Shown: piece by piece, positions 47,758 through 59,342 of the stretch
Layout: each line of letters begins with the position of its first letter
Numbering within the stretch: position 1 is the stretch's first letter
Source of the DNA: Deltaproteobacteria bacterium
Lineage (GTDB): Bacteria; CG2-30-53-67
Assembly (NCBI GenBank): GCA_013151235.1
Contig: JAADIO010000019.1
Span: 1 to 64,000 of the forward strand
Reading direction: 5' to 3'
Length of the DNA: 64,000 nt
Made by a program: the position numbers and the translations under genes
Notes under the pieces: model-generated
Database searches by the model: none
The model's input: only the letters and a program-made list of their open reading frames with translations
Told to the model about the DNA's origin: nothing

Positions 47758-48600
47758 TCAGACGCGTTGGTAGACCATGTCGTTTTTTAAATGTTCCAGA
47801 CGGAAGGCGGTCGATAGGTTCATTAACGATTCGGAGTGTCCTAACAGAAGGTACCCCCCCGAGACCAGGTGATTCTCAAAATTATGGATTACTTTTTTTT
47901 TGCCTTCCCGATCAAAATAGATGATGACGTTTCTGCAGAAGATGATATCCATCTTCCCGACCAGACTGATCCGGTCGTCGTCGAAGAGGTTCAGGTAGCC
48001 GAAGTTCACCATGTTCCGAATGGAATCGTTGACCCGTTGACGCCCATCCACCTTGGTGAAATATTCTTCAAGGTAACGGGCATCGGTGGATCGAAAGGAG
48101 GATTTACCGTATTCTCCTTTTCGGGCGGATTGCAGGACGCGATGGCTGATGTCGCTGGCGAAGATCTCGATATCCCATCCATGAAAGAGACCGGACTGCC
48201 GGATCAGAATGCCGATGGTGTAGGGTTCTTCTCCGGTGGAACAGCCGGCGCTCCAGATCCGGATGGACCGTTTGTCTTCTTTCTCTTTCCGGGCTTTCAG
48301 GAGGGGCAGGATCTCCTCGGCAAAAGCCTTCAGTTGTAGCTCTTCCCGGAAGAAGTAGGTTTCATTGATGGTCAGGATGTCGATAACGGTATTGAGTTCC
48401 TGATCCCGATTCTTGTCGTAGATGAGAAAATGATAATACTCGTGGAAGTCCCGGAGTTGATGTTCCGCCAGACGCTGGGCCAGGCGTTTTTCCAGCACGT
48501 ACTTCGACCGGTCGTCGAAGGTGAGGCCGCAATAGTTATAAATCAGATCCCGCAACAACCGGAACGTGGTGTCGCGCATCTCGCAGGGGGGTTCGAACAT
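47758..48600 (-). CDS. cheR: Chemotaxis methyltransferase
   Basis: TINETYFFRE, IWSAGCSTGEEPY, IFCRNVIIYF and LGHSE motifs. Confidence 0.95.
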   Translation of the reverse strand: MFEPPCEMRDTTFRLLRDLIYNYCGLTFDDRSKYVLEKRLAQRLAEHQLRDFHEYYHFLIYDKNRDQELNTVIDILTINETYFFREELQLKAFAEEILPLLKARKEKEDKRSIRIWSAGCSTGEEPYTIGILIRQSGLFHGWDIEIFASDISHRVLQSARKGEYGKSSFRSTDARYLEEYFTKVDGRQRVNDSIRNMVNFGYLNLFDDDRISLVGKMDIIFCRNVIIYFDREGKKKVIHNFENHLVSGGYLLLGHSESLMNLSTAFRLEHLKNDMVYQRV

Positions 48601-50604
48601 TTACTTCCTCATCAGGGACTTCAGGGCCCGGTCCGCGGTTTTCCGGAGCAGTTCATCGGGATCGCTGATGCGGATCTCCCGGAGGGAATGTTCCGCCCGT
48701 GGGTCTCCGAGGAGACCCAGGGCTTCCACGGTGGTATTCCGTTCACTCCAGTCGGGAGAATCCAGAAGATAAATCAGAGAATCAAATGCCGCCGGGTTCC
48801 CTGTCTTTCCCAGTGCCAGGATGGCGGAACGACGGATCTCCATGTCCGGGTGTTCCAGTTTTCGGATCAATGCCGAAAAGACCCGGCTCCCTTTCTGTTC
48901 CGCAAGTACTTGAATTACGGAAATCTGAACCGGTGGCGGCGCGTGGTCGAGCAGGGGAAGAAGAAGATCCAGGCAGACCGTTCCTCCGATCTTGCCCAGT
49001 CCTTTCACGGCGGCACACCGGACCCAGATGTCTTCGTCCAGGAGAATCGACTGCAGAATCCGGATTGATGCATCGGTTGAAAAATCTCCGAGGGCCGTTG
49101 CGGCTGCAAGCCGAACGTCCGTGTTTTCATCGGAGAGGACGAGGGACAATCCTTCAATGGCTCGATCGACATGGATTTTTCCCAGGGCGGTTACCGCAGC
49201 CTTCCGTACGTCGGGGACTTCGTCTTTGAGGGCGAACAGGAGTGGGTCCACTGCCGCCTCTCCTCCGATAGCGCCGAGTACGGCGGCGGCATTTTTGCGG
49301 TAGGCCGGACTCTCATTGGAAAGGAGGGTGAAGATCCTGGAGAGCTGCGACCGGTTACCGATCTGTTGCAGGGCGAAGACCGCCGCCTGTTGCACGTCGG
49401 GATAAGGGTCATCCAGCAGAGGGATCAGTTCGGAGGAAGATTCCGTCATCCGGATCAACCCGAGGGCCATGGCGGCGGACTGTCGGACATGGCCATTGGA
49501 ATCCTGTAACAGGGCGATCAGTCTTCCATGGGTCTCCGGGGTTCCGATATGACCGAGGACATAGGCGGCCGCCTTCCGGATCAGTTCGTCGGGATGATCG
49601 AGCGCCTCCATCAGTGCCGCTTCCGATCCCTTGCCGATCCGGATCAGTGCCTCAATGATCCGGTCATGGAGTGCGATATCCCCTAAGAAATCGATCAGGT
49701 AGGGGACCCCTTTCGGGTCACCCAGGATCCCGATCAACTCAATGGCGGCCGTTCGTAGGGAGAGGTCATCTTCCTGGATGACTTCAATCAGTCCGTCAAC
49801 GGTCTCCGGGAGAGCTGCTTCTCCGAACTTCCTTGCGCAGGCCGGATCTTCTCCGGAATGTTGAAAAATCTCCGAGACGCCGAGGACGGCAGCATTCCGG
49901 ACTTGCCGTTTCTTGTCAGCGATGGAGGGGATCAGTGCCGGGAAAAGGTCGGCGTTTCCGAGACGGCCCAAGGCCGTCAGGAGCGGTTTCTTCAGGCGCT
50001 TCTCCTTCAATAGTTCCATGAGGGACGGGATTGCCTGTGGGTCACCAATTTTGCCCACGGCTTCGATGGCGGGGAACTTGAGCCAGAAATCATCTTCCCT
50101 CAGGATCTGCAGTAAGGGCTGTAGGGCCCTACGGTCGCCGATTTTTCCGAGATTTTCCGCGGCGGCGGCCTTGACGTTTTCATCCGGGTCTTGCAAGGCA
50201 TCGACCAAGGCATTCAGACTTCGTGGACTTTTGATCTCGCCCAAGATGTCGATCGCGAATTTCTGTACGTCGGGGTCCGGGTCTTTGACCGCTTGACAGA
50301 GCGAAGGGACCGCGGCTGCACCGATTCGGATCAGGGCTTCGACGGCGGAGTTCCGCATGCCGGCGTTGTCCTGGGATCGAAGCGCGAGGATGAGATTGGA
50401 GATCACGTCCTCTACAGCATCCATTCCGAGAAGGGCATCGATAGCGGTTTTGCGTACCCGCCAGACGGAATCGCCAAGAAGCCTCGTCAGTGGTACGATT
50501 GCTTTTCGGTCTTTGAGCCGTCCGGCTTTTTCCGCCGCCTCCCGGCGGACTTCGACCTCGCTTTCTTCCATTTTCCGGAGTACGCCTTTTAGTGGATCGA
50601 CCAT
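48601..50604 (-). CDS. PBS-lyase HEAT-repeat protein
   Basis: Many L.D....VR..AA.ALG repeats. Confidence 0.9.
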   Translation of the reverse strand: MVDPLKGVLRKMEESEVEVRREAAEKAGRLKDRKAIVPLTRLLGDSVWRVRKTAIDALLGMDAVEDVISNLILALRSQDNAGMRNSAVEALIRIGAAAVPSLCQAVKDPDPDVQKFAIDILGEIKSPRSLNALVDALQDPDENVKAAAAENLGKIGDRRALQPLLQILREDDFWLKFPAIEAVGKIGDPQAIPSLMELLKEKRLKKPLLTALGRLGNADLFPALIPSIADKKRQVRNAAVLGVSEIFQHSGEDPACARKFGEAALPETVDGLIEVIQEDDLSLRTAAIELIGILGDPKGVPYLIDFLGDIALHDRIIEALIRIGKGSEAALMEALDHPDELIRKAAAYVLGHIGTPETHGRLIALLQDSNGHVRQSAAMALGLIRMTESSSELIPLLDDPYPDVQQAAVFALQQIGNRSQLSRIFTLLSNESPAYRKNAAAVLGAIGGEAAVDPLLFALKDEVPDVRKAAVTALGKIHVDRAIEGLSLVLSDENTDVRLAAATALGDFSTDASIRILQSILLDEDIWVRCAAVKGLGKIGGTVCLDLLLPLLDHAPPPVQISVIQVLAEQKGSRVFSALIRKLEHPDMEIRRSAILALGKTGNPAAFDSLIYLLDSPDWSERNTTVEALGLLGDPRAEHSLREIRISDPDELLRKTADRALKSLMRK

Positions 50605-50650
50605 GATAATACCTCACGCGGATTCGGTGATCTGATCTTTTCTCGATTTG

Positions 50651-51484
50651 TCAGACAGAGACGCCGGCGGTCCGTTTCGCCGTGAAGGATGCCAGTTCCT
50701 GTTGCAGAAAATGATGCAGGGTGGCCTCCGGCAGATCGGGGAAACGTTCTTTCATCAAGCCTTCCGCCTCTTGCAGCTCCGGGGCGAGCCGTTCGGGAAG
50801 ATCTTCCGCCGCAAGTCCTTCTTTGATCCGGGTTTCATTGTATAATGCGATATCGGACAGCATCGTTCGGGCGAGGCGTTCCACTTTGTTCCGGACCTCA
50901 TCATCCAGCAACGGTCCCGGAGGGGAGGAGGAGACCGTTGCCGGAGAAGTTCCCTGCAATGGTTCTGTTGTGAGGAGGGAAAGACCGGGAAGGAGCCGTC
51001 CGATCTTGTGAATCAACTGATCTGCGATATGATGGATTTCAATGTAATCATCGGCCCCGTAGAGACTCTCCGGGAGTCGCTTGTAGCGTGCCTTCCGGTA
51101 ACTTGCCGCGATCAAAATGATCCGGATGTCCTGCGTTTTCGGGTTGGACTTGATCGTCTCACACAATTCAAAACCGTAGATTTTCGGCAGCGCCACATCC
51201 AGAATTGCCAGAGCGGGTTTTGATCGGCGGAGGATCTTCAGAGCCTCCACTCCGTTTTCCGCCGTCAGCACCCGGAGGTTGCGTTCCTCCAGGATCTCTT
51301 TGACGAAAAGGCGGAACTCCGGGTTGTCCTTCGCAACGAGAATGGTTGTCTGGTCGGATTCGATTATGAAAACATATCTGCAGCGGTTGCAGCGGAAACG
51401 AGCCTTTCCTGCAGGGAGGCGTTCCGGTGGAATCCTGTAGCGGGTCCCGCACTTTTTGCATTGTACGATCATCAGGTTCTCCAT
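50651..51484 (-). CDS. MJ0042-type zinc ribbon plus receiver domain protein
   Basis: CKKC..CNRC; ILDVALPKIYG receiver with a degenerate acidic pocket (VAKDN). Confidence 0.85.
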   Translation of the reverse strand: MENLMIVQCKKCGTRYRIPPERLPAGKARFRCNRCRYVFIIESDQTTILVAKDNPEFRLFVKEILEERNLRVLTAENGVEALKILRRSKPALAILDVALPKIYGFELCETIKSNPKTQDIRIILIAASYRKARYKRLPESLYGADDYIEIHHIADQLIHKIGRLLPGLSLLTTEPLQGTSPATVSSSPPGPLLDDEVRNKVERLARTMLSDIALYNETRIKEGLAAEDLPERLAPELQEAEGLMKERFPDLPEATLHHFLQQELASFTAKRTAGVSV

Positions 51485-51524
51485 TGTGGTTCAGCCGGAC
51501 ATGCCGGATGTCTGCCTCTTTCGA

Positions 51525-54410
51525 TCAGGCGACTTCCTGTTCCATAAGGGTCATCATGGTTTCCACTCCGGCGTAATCGCTTTCCGTGGCCGTCATGAAT
51601 CCGTTGTACTGCGGTTCGATGGTCTGAAGGATGTTCCGGTCGTTCTCCACGGATTCATCCAGGCTCAGCAGGGCCTGGGTCAATTCTCTCTCTAATTCCG
51701 GTGCAATTCCTTTCCGAACGCAGAGGTTGAACTCCGGGATCTCATCCGACGTCGCCAGGATCTCCAGCCCTTTTGCTTTGAAATTTCGGGCAATTGGTTC
51801 CAACAATCCCCCGGCTTCGACCTCCCCGTTCACAATGGCCCAGGCCACATCGTCGTGGTGTCCTTTGAATTCGTAGCCGGCCAGATCCTGAAGCGAGATA
51901 TTCTCCCGGGCCAGCATGCCGCAGGGGACAAGGTAGCTGGATGTGGAGTGTTCATCGCCGAAGGCGAAGCGCTTTCCTTTCAGGTCGGCAATGGAATGAA
52001 TGGGGGCTCCTTTCCGGACGGCAATGACGGAATGGTAGAAGGGCATGTGATTGCGAATGGCTTTCAGAATAATACGGGCACCGTATCTCTTCTTGGCTTC
52101 CACATAGGTGGAGGGGGTGAGATACGCGAGATCGTATTTCCCGGCCCCGAAATCGTTGAGTGCCGTTTTGAAGTCTTCGGCTACGGCAATCTTGACCGGC
52201 CTGTTCATTTTCTTTTCCAGATACCGGGCCAATGGAGTAAACCGAATCTCCATCTTGACACCCGATTCGAGGGGAATGACACCCAGGGTCAGGCCCTCCG
52301 TTTCTATGTTGTGCGTTGTATGATGGACTTCCCTTTGCAACTCTTCATTATAGAGAGCGAGGGAATTGATCGCGGTGCTAAGGTCATCGGTCAGGTTGAT
52401 GGATTCTTCCGTAATGTTCCGGATCCGCTCGATGGAATGGACAATGAGTTCACTCCCTTTCCCCTGTTCGCGAATGGACCGGTTGATCTCCTGAATTTTG
52501 AGGATCATATTTTCGATTTCATGGGCAACCCGCCGGCTTCCCATTGATTCATCGGCCATTGATTTTTTTAATTCACGGGCAAACCGGCTCACCTGTGCGA
52601 CCATCCCGCGGATGACCTCGCCTCCCTTATCCTGTTCCTCCACGGCGGCGGTAATCTGCTTGGTGTGTTCATTGACGTTCCGGATTTCCGTGTCAATGTG
52701 CTCGATCGACTTGACCTGTTCGATGGCGGCTTTCTCAATTTCCCAGGACATCTCGCTCGACCGTTGAGACTGCTGCAGGATTTTGCCGAGGGCCTCCTTT
52801 GTTTCTCGGGAGAGTTGAACCCCTTTTTGGACCTCTTCGACACTCAGGTGCACCCCCCGGGCGATGGCATCCGTTTCCGACTGCACATCGGAGATGACCT
52901 CTTCGATCTGGTCGATCGAGGAGGCGGTTCGGTCGGCCAGCGCCTTGATCTCATCGGCGACAACGGAAAACCCTTTTCCCTGTTCACCCGCCTTGGAGGC
53001 GATGATGGCGGCATTCAGGGCCAGGAGGTTGGTCTTCTCCGCCACTTCGTCAATGACGTTCAGGATTTGCCCGATCTTTTCCGATCGTTCATGCAGGATA
53101 TTGACCATTCGGTCTGTCTCTTCCACCGACTGCCGGATTCGTTCCATTCCTTCAATGGTTTCCTGCACTGCCTTGACGCCCAGTTCCGATGTCTCCAGAG
53201 TACTCTTCTGCGAAAGGGCGGCCGATTCCTTTGCCAGTCCTTCAACCGCCTTAATGGATGCGTGCATTTCAGAAACGGACGAAGTTGAGGTTTCAATGGA
53301 GATACTGAGTGCGTTCAGATTGTTTCGGCTTTCACCGATCGAACCGATCATCTTGTGAATAGATTCCGAGGATTCTTCAATCATGGAAAAAAGTTCATCA
53401 CTTTGCTGTGTGATCTGGTGGATGGAGTCATCCATGGCTTGGATCGATTTGGAGGACTCTTCGCTCGAGTGGGAAAGGCTCTGAACATTGGCGCTGATCT
53501 CCCGTAATGTGGCGGACATTTCAAAGATGGAGGACGAGGTGTCGTCCGAGGCGGATGCCTGGACCCGGGTCCCTTCGTAGATTTCCTTATGACAGTTGCG
53601 GATCAGGCGGGTGGCGTTCTCACAGTTGTCGGCGGAGCGGGCGATCTTGTTGAGCATGTCGTTATGGCGCTCCAGGAAACAGTTCATCAGGTAGGCGATT
53701 TTCGGGAGGGGGTAGAGGACCCCTTGCCAACCGCCCAGATTCATTTCCAGTATTGTGCCGGGATCGGAACGACCCTGCTGGTTCAGTGCCAGCAGAATTT
53801 CCTTCAGGGTCAGCAGATGGTTCCGAATTTTTTCTGCAAAGAGATTTTGAAGGAGCAGGATCAGCAGCAGGGTCACAAGCATCATGAAAAAGACCAGCGA
53901 AACGGAAGGCAGTCCCGATGTGCCGAGTCGGTTTACTTTTCCGCTCTCCGTTTGCTGGATCCGGGTCATGATCTCCGTCAGTTCCATTGACACATCCGGG
54001 ATGGTCATGCTCTTTTCCCTTGGCCAGGCTGCTGCGGGAGAATCCTCCAGATAGCGGAGCGATTCCATCTCTTTTTGAAGGGTGTTCAGGGATGAAAAAA
54101 TATCCTCAGGGAAGAGTGATTCCGAACGGATCTGTTCCAGCCAGACGGAAGTCCGGGGGAGGAGCGCCTGGAGAAGTTCCTGTGGAGGACGATCGGGATT
54201 GCTTCCCTCCGTCAGAACATAAGAGAGTTCCTCCCATGAACTGCGAAGAGAGGCGCCTTCGGTCAGCCGATCGTTGCAGGTCCGAAGGAACGCCAGACTC
54301 CCTTCAACCGTTTTCGTGGTTTGAATGAGTTTGCCGGCGAACCAGAAGACCAGTGCAGCCAGAATGAGAAAGGGAACGGATGCTTTGAAGCGTTCAGTCT
54401 TCAATGACAT
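51525..54410 (-). CDS. Methyl-accepting chemotaxis protein with C-terminal phosphate/phosphonate-binding (PhnD-like) domain
   Basis: Two TM segments; [31 protein letters not shown]-terminal [26 protein letters not shown]. Confidence 0.88.
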   Translation of the reverse strand: MSLKTERFKASVPFLILAALVFWFAGKLIQTTKTVEGSLAFLRTCNDRLTEGASLRSSWEELSYVLTEGSNPDRPPQELLQALLPRTSVWLEQIRSESLFPEDIFSSLNTLQKEMESLRYLEDSPAAAWPREKSMTIPDVSMELTEIMTRIQQTESGKVNRLGTSGLPSVSLVFFMMLVTLLLILLLQNLFAEKIRNHLLTLKEILLALNQQGRSDPGTILEMNLGGWQGVLYPLPKIAYLMNCFLERHNDMLNKIARSADNCENATRLIRNCHKEIYEGTRVQASASDDTSSSIFEMSATLREISANVQSLSHSSEESSKSIQAMDDSIHQITQQSDELFSMIEESSESIHKMIGSIGESRNNLNALSISIETSTSSVSEMHASIKAVEGLAKESAALSQKSTLETSELGVKAVQETIEGMERIRQSVEETDRMVNILHERSEKIGQILNVIDEVAEKTNLLALNAAIIASKAGEQGKGFSVVADEIKALADRTASSIDQIEEVISDVQSETDAIARGVHLSVEEVQKGVQLSRETKEALGKILQQSQRSSEMSWEIEKAAIEQVKSIEHIDTEIRNVNEHTKQITAAVEEQDKGGEVIRGMVAQVSRFARELKKSMADESMGSRRVAHEIENMILKIQEINRSIREQGKGSELIVHSIERIRNITEESINLTDDLSTAINSLALYNEELQREVHHTTHNIETEGLTLGVIPLESGVKMEIRFTPLARYLEKKMNRPVKIAVAEDFKTALNDFGAGKYDLAYLTPSTYVEAKKRYGARIILKAIRNHMPFYHSVIAVRKGAPIHSIADLKGKRFAFGDEHSTSSYLVPCGMLARENISLQDLAGYEFKGHHDDVAWAIVNGEVEAGGLLEPIARNFKAKGLEILATSDEIPEFNLCVRKGIAPELERELTQALLSLDESVENDRNILQTIEPQYNGFMTATESDYAGVETMMTLMEQEVA

Positions 54411-54450
54411 GGAAGGGGTCTCTCCTTTGTGTCGGTGCCGTCATTTCGAT

Positions 54451-56931
54451 CTACACCTTGAATTGATTCACCTCGTTCTGCAGGGATTCCAGCATCTGCG
54501 TCATCTCGTTGATCGAGGCCGTCATCCCCTGGATCTGTGAACTGTTTTTCCCGTCGATCTGAACGATTTTCTTGATGTTGCTCAGAACCATCCGTGACTG
54601 GTTCGACTGACCTTCCGTGGCCCGGGAGATCATCTGGCTTTTGTAATTGACTTCCTCGATGGCTTTACTGATCTGGCCGCTTCCTTTCGACTGTTCTTCC
54701 ATGGCCCGGCTGACGTGGATGGCCATTTCCCGGAAATGTTCAATATTCTCCATAATCTGCTTGGAGCCCTTACGTTGCTCCTGGGTTCCCTTTGCCATCT
54801 GGCGCAAGGCTTCGGTGATGCTCGACACGGCCTCCTGAACGACTTGGCTTCCTTTGTTTTGCTCGACCGTGGCCCGGGCGATTTCCTCAATCATGTTGCT
54901 CGACCGGTCGACGCTTTCGACAATCTCCCGAAGGGATTCTCCGGCCTTGCGGGAGAGGTCCATTCCTTCCGTGATCGAGGAGGCGCTGACTTCCATGGCA
55001 TGGACCGCCTCGCCGGTCTCCTTCTGAACGTTCCGGATGACGTCGGCAATATCGCTGCTTGAACGGGCGGAACGATCCGCGAGGGCCTTGATCTCATCGG
55101 CTACAACGGCGAACCCCTTCCCATGTTCTCCCGCCTGGGCGGCGATGATGGCGGCATTCAGGGCCAGGAGGTTCGTCTGGTCGGCGACTTCGTCGATCAC
55201 TTTGAGAATCTTGCCGATGGCGGCCGACCGTTCCCCCAGCTGCTTGATCACCCGGGAGGTTGCATCAAAGGTTTTTCGTATTTTTTCCATCCCCGCCTGG
55301 GTCTTTTCGACGACGGCCATTCCGTCCTTTGCCTTGGCTGCGGCCTCCTTGGATATGGCCAGGGATTCCTGGGCATTGCGTTCCACTTCCAGGATGGTCC
55401 GGGCGATTTCTTCTGTTGAGGAGGAGGTCTGCTCGGCGCCTACAGACAGGGAATCGATGTTTGTCGAAATGTCGTTGACCGATTGCAGCATCTGGACGAT
55501 GGAGGTGGCGCTGTCGTCAATGGCCTGGGAGGTCTCCTTTGTGTTTTCCGCGACTTCATCGATGGAGGCGCTCATTTCCATAATGGAGGAAGAGGCCTCT
55601 TCCGTACTCTTGGCCAGGGCCGAGGTGTTCTCGAAAACCTCCCGGTTCATTTTGTCCATATCGTCCATGACCTGGGCGATTTCACTGATGGCGCTGTTTT
55701 GTTCATCCGCGCCGGCAGCCACCTTGTTGGTGCTGAGAATCATCTCCCGGGAGGTTTCGGAGACGGCGATCATGGTCTCCTGAATTTTGCGGACAATGTT
55801 CTGAATATTTTCGATAAAGGCATTCATCCAGTTTGATAGATCTTGAATTTCCTCATGGGATTTTACATGAATCCGACGGGTCAGGTCTCCCTCTCCTTCG
55901 GCGATATCCTTGAGAAGATCAGCCATCGTTCCGAGGGGTTGAAAACTTTTCCGGAGGCTGAGGAAGATCAGTATTGCAGCCAGAAGAAAGCCTGCGATCG
56001 AGACCAGAATGGAGCGATTCTGGGTCTGCTCCAGTGCGGAATCCACGTCGGTGTCATCCGTGAGGAGGGTGACAATGCCGATCTTCCGGCCGGAAAAATC
56101 TTTCAGGGGAAGAAAGGTCGTATCGAGAGACTGTGTCTTGGTATCATGGGCGAAACGGCTCACTTTGTCCAGCCGCTTGTCCAGATCAACATCCTTGAGA
56201 ATTTTCAACTGCAGGTTCTCATTGGTGCTGGCCTGGAGCAGCATCCCGTTGGAAAGGCGCGTCCCCTTCGCCTTTCCGGTAAACTCTTTCCGGAGGAGGA
56301 GACTGGCTTCGTAGTGAAAACGGTTCTTCAGCTCTTCGAGGAAGGGAAGAAAACTTCCTCCGGCTTCGACGATGCCCAGGAATTTTCCTTTCCGATAGAT
56401 CGGCTTGAGGAGAAAAAGATAGGCCCGGTTCCCTTCCAGCTCAATGCCGGAAAGTTCCTTTTTTCTCCGGAAGGCCTCCCGGACCATCGGCCGTTCTTCC
56501 AGGACGTTGTTCCCGAAAACGGCCGGATCGTGGGCCTGAAAGAAAATGATGCCGGGCGGTATGTAGAAGGTCAGCCGGGAAAAATTCCCCTTGGATTGCA
56601 TCAACTGAAAGGCGGGCACGGTGCTGATAATCATGTCCTCCCGGTCCCGTTTCTGAAGGTCGGTGATAATCTCCGGCAGCCCGGCTGTAATGAGGTCGAG
56701 TTTGTTCTGTAACTGCTGGTACTGCTTGTCCATGATCGTCTGGAATAGGGTTTGATCTTTCTCCATGTCTTTGGCTTGCATGGCCGATCCGAGCTTATTG
56801 TTTCCCAACCAACCGGAAAAAGCGATCATGGCGGCCACGATGATCATGGCCGCGAGGGCCAGGAGTGTCACCTTTCCCTTGAGGGTTCGGAAGGGGTTGA
56901 GCCTGTGTGCGAGATCGCTCCATCGGTTCAT
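54451..56931 (-). CDS. Methyl-accepting chemotaxis protein (Cache-like sensor, HAMP, long signalling domain)
   Basis: TM-periplasmic-TM layout; [42 protein letters not shown]. Confidence 0.92.
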   Translation of the reverse strand: MNRWSDLAHRLNPFRTLKGKVTLLALAAMIIVAAMIAFSGWLGNNKLGSAMQAKDMEKDQTLFQTIMDKQYQQLQNKLDLITAGLPEIITDLQKRDREDMIISTVPAFQLMQSKGNFSRLTFYIPPGIIFFQAHDPAVFGNNVLEERPMVREAFRRKKELSGIELEGNRAYLFLLKPIYRKGKFLGIVEAGGSFLPFLEELKNRFHYEASLLLRKEFTGKAKGTRLSNGMLLQASTNENLQLKILKDVDLDKRLDKVSRFAHDTKTQSLDTTFLPLKDFSGRKIGIVTLLTDDTDVDSALEQTQNRSILVSIAGFLLAAILIFLSLRKSFQPLGTMADLLKDIAEGEGDLTRRIHVKSHEEIQDLSNWMNAFIENIQNIVRKIQETMIAVSETSREMILSTNKVAAGADEQNSAISEIAQVMDDMDKMNREVFENTSALAKSTEEASSSIMEMSASIDEVAENTKETSQAIDDSATSIVQMLQSVNDISTNIDSLSVGAEQTSSSTEEIARTILEVERNAQESLAISKEAAAKAKDGMAVVEKTQAGMEKIRKTFDATSRVIKQLGERSAAIGKILKVIDEVADQTNLLALNAAIIAAQAGEHGKGFAVVADEIKALADRSARSSSDIADVIRNVQKETGEAVHAMEVSASSITEGMDLSRKAGESLREIVESVDRSSNMIEEIARATVEQNKGSQVVQEAVSSITEALRQMAKGTQEQRKGSKQIMENIEHFREMAIHVSRAMEEQSKGSGQISKAIEEVNYKSQMISRATEGQSNQSRMVLSNIKKIVQIDGKNSSQIQGMTASINEMTQMLESLQNEVNQFKV

Positions 56932-57001
56932 CTTTTCCTACCTGCCTTTCTACCTCGATGGTTTTGAAAGAAGTTCGCCTTCTGAATTTCTGAGATGGCG
57001 A

Positions 57002-57478
57002 TTATTCGATTGTTGTGACGATCCGGACCTTTCTGCTTGTGACATCGCTCTTCAACAGGTAGCCGATGGCATTGGGGTCTTTCGCCACCCGGGCCTGCAT
57101 GAGGGGCGCCGACCGGACCGTTTTGGGCGGGTTCTTGGCCGTATTGGCGATCTTCTTGCCGGCCCACTCCATGGCAACCTTCCGGGCTTCTTTCTCCAGG
57201 ACCGCTTCGGAAAATTTTTCCCGTGCCGGGTCCTGGGTGCGTAGATCATAGAGGCGGATCTTTTTCCCGTTCGGCCAGTTAAGAATGTCATTTTCGTAAT
57301 AGTGTTTGACTTCTTCTATGGAGAGCGCTTTCACGGGATTATCTGCGTTCACGATCACGACGACCTCTCCCGCTCCGGCCGGGCTTGTCAAATAGAACAA
57401 AAAGGACAAAGCGGCCATGGACATCACGGTCGTCAGTGCCGCTTTCCTGAATATCCTTTTCCTGTACTTTTCCTGCAT
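57002..57478 (-). CDS. Small periplasmic PstS-like binding-fold protein
   Basis: Signal peptide; VVVIVNADNPVKALS, WPNG and VAKDPNAIGY motifs. Confidence 0.75.
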   Translation of the reverse strand: MQEKYRKRIFRKAALTTVMSMAALSFLFYLTSPAGAGEVVVIVNADNPVKALSIEEVKHYYENDILNWPNGKKIRLYDLRTQDPAREKFSEAVLEKEARKVAMEWAGKKIANTAKNPPKTVRSAPLMQARVAKDPNAIGYLLKSDVTSRKVRIVTTIE

Positions 57479-57532
57479 GGTATCTCCTCCTGCGATGTTG
57501 TCCTTGGGGCTGAACCCTCCTCTTCTCATAAT

Positions 57533-58654
57533 TTAATTCCCTCCCAGGTAGACCGCAACGGAGAAGAGGGTCTTCGTATAATGAACATCCGAAGCGCCTT
57601 CATCCTTTACGAAATGGTGTTCAATCTTTCCGACCACATTGGGTGTGAAATGGTAATTCAGTGCCACCGTGTTGGTGGTCATCCGGTTATTGTTCTCCCG
57701 CTGGTCGGGGTCGTACCAGTCATAACGGTAACCGACGGTCCATTTCCGCCAATCGTAGGTTAGCTGGGAATACCATCCGATGGTCTGTTCCGTGGTGCCG
57801 GCAACCAGCCGGGTATATCGTTTTGCATACTCGCCCTGGAATTTCAGATCCTGCCAGGCCAGTCTGGCATCGGCTCCGAGGATCTTCACCTTGTTGTCGT
57901 TTTCATCCCGGTTCTCCCGGTCGTAGGAAAACCCGATTTCCGCATCCGACAGGAAGGGGAGCTTGAAGCCGAGGTCGGCCCCCCATGACTTGTCCGTATT
58001 GATGTCGCCGTGTCCGGGGTTTTCGCCGGAACCGTTGGAGACATAAAAGAGATAATCGGTGGTCACGCCCCCTTGGTAATGGCTGCCGTAGAACTGAAGG
58101 CCGTCATTGGTATGTGGAAAGATAAGTTGAGTGACCAGTGTCGGTTGTTCCTGGGTGAGAACGAAGGGGGGGTAGTGTTCCACATTCCAGATCCCGGCCG
58201 GATTGAGAAAACGGCCAAGGCGGAAGTTGACGTAGCGGTTGTGGCTGTATTCCAGCGTGAAGACCTCGACGAAGATCTCTCCGGGATAGGTCTGTTCGGA
58301 AGGCTCTATTTTCGGGGCGTCCTCGAACTCAACCTCCGAGAACAGCCGCCACTGCTCCGCCAACTGTTTGCTGAAAAAGAGGGAAAGGTGATGGAGGCGG
58401 AATTCACTCCGGGCATTTGCGGCCTGGTTGTCGGTCAGGTTGAACTCTCCGTCGGCATAGCCGCTGATGTCTACAAGATTTCCGATCCGGCTTGTTGTAT
58501 CTTCGTTCTGTGCTTCTAACAGCTCGACCTTGGTCTTCAGATTATCGATTTCTTGCTTGAGATCCTTGATCTCTCCGTTGGAAACGGCCGAAGCGCGGAG
58601 CGGAGAGAGAAAAAGTATTGCAACGATCAGTAACAGGTACCTTCTTTTTGTCAT
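57533..58654 (-). CDS. Outer-membrane beta-barrel/porin with N-terminal coiled coil
   Basis: Signal peptide, coiled coil and alternating beta strands (FSEVEFE, FRLGRF, YRYDWYD, FSVAVY). Confidence 0.75.
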   Translation of the reverse strand: MTKRRYLLLIVAILFLSPLRASAVSNGEIKDLKQEIDNLKTKVELLEAQNEDTTSRIGNLVDISGYADGEFNLTDNQAANARSEFRLHHLSLFFSKQLAEQWRLFSEVEFEDAPKIEPSEQTYPGEIFVEVFTLEYSHNRYVNFRLGRFLNPAGIWNVEHYPPFVLTQEQPTLVTQLIFPHTNDGLQFYGSHYQGGVTTDYLFYVSNGSGENPGHGDINTDKSWGADLGFKLPFLSDAEIGFSYDRENRDENDNKVKILGADARLAWQDLKFQGEYAKRYTRLVAGTTEQTIGWYSQLTYDWRKWTVGYRYDWYDPDQRENNNRMTTNTVALNYHFTPNVVGKIEHHFVKDEGASDVHYTKTLFSVAVYLGGN

Positions 58655-58808
58655 GATCCATCCTCCAATTACGGTCCATGATAAACTTAGCGTTCAGTTT
58701 CTTCCCCCCCAGGCAAGCGGGCATCACCCCTTTCTTCTATAAATCTTCCACCGGCGGTTTTCCATCAGATGCTCCTCCATCACATGGTCCGGCTCGGCGG
58801 AATCCTGT

Positions 58809-59333
58809 TCAGGCGGAAACGGTTTCTTCCATTCGGCAGATCTTTTCGATATCCATGAGGATGATCATCCTGTCGTTCACCCGTCCGACGCCGGTGATAT
58901 ATTCTGCCTCCACCCCGTTCAGGATCGGCGGCGGGGGTTCGATGGCGGATGCGGAAATGCGGGCGGCGCTCGTGATGTCGTCTACGAGGAGTCCCACCTG
59001 CTCTCCCTGATGATTGACGATGATGATCCGGGTCCGGTGGGTCTCTTCCCGTGCCGGAAGGCCGAGCCTCCTTTTCGCATCGAAGACAGGCAGAATGTTT
59101 CCCCGGAGCGAAAGAATTCCCAGGATGTATTCCGGCGCTCGGGGAATCGGGGTCAGCTCGGTGGGAATCGTAATCTCTTTGATCTGCATGATGTCGACGG
59201 CGTATTCCTCTTCGGCGAGTTTGAATCCCATCAAGGTGAGAAAAGACTCCTCCCGGCTTTTCTCCTGCAGTTCATCGGCGCTTTCATTAGCCCTTTCTTC
59301 CATGCAGGTCTCTTTTTTTTCTTCGCTGTCCAT
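58809..59333 (-). CDS. cheW: CheW
   Basis: FKLAEEEYAVDI, LGILSLRGNILPV and VGLLVD motifs. Confidence 0.93.
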   Translation of the reverse strand: MDSEEKKETCMEERANESADELQEKSREESFLTLMGFKLAEEEYAVDIMQIKEITIPTELTPIPRAPEYILGILSLRGNILPVFDAKRRLGLPAREETHRTRIIIVNHQGEQVGLLVDDITSAARISASAIEPPPPILNGVEAEYITGVGRVNDRMIILMDIEKICRMEETVSA

Positions 59334-59342
59334 TGTTTCCCC

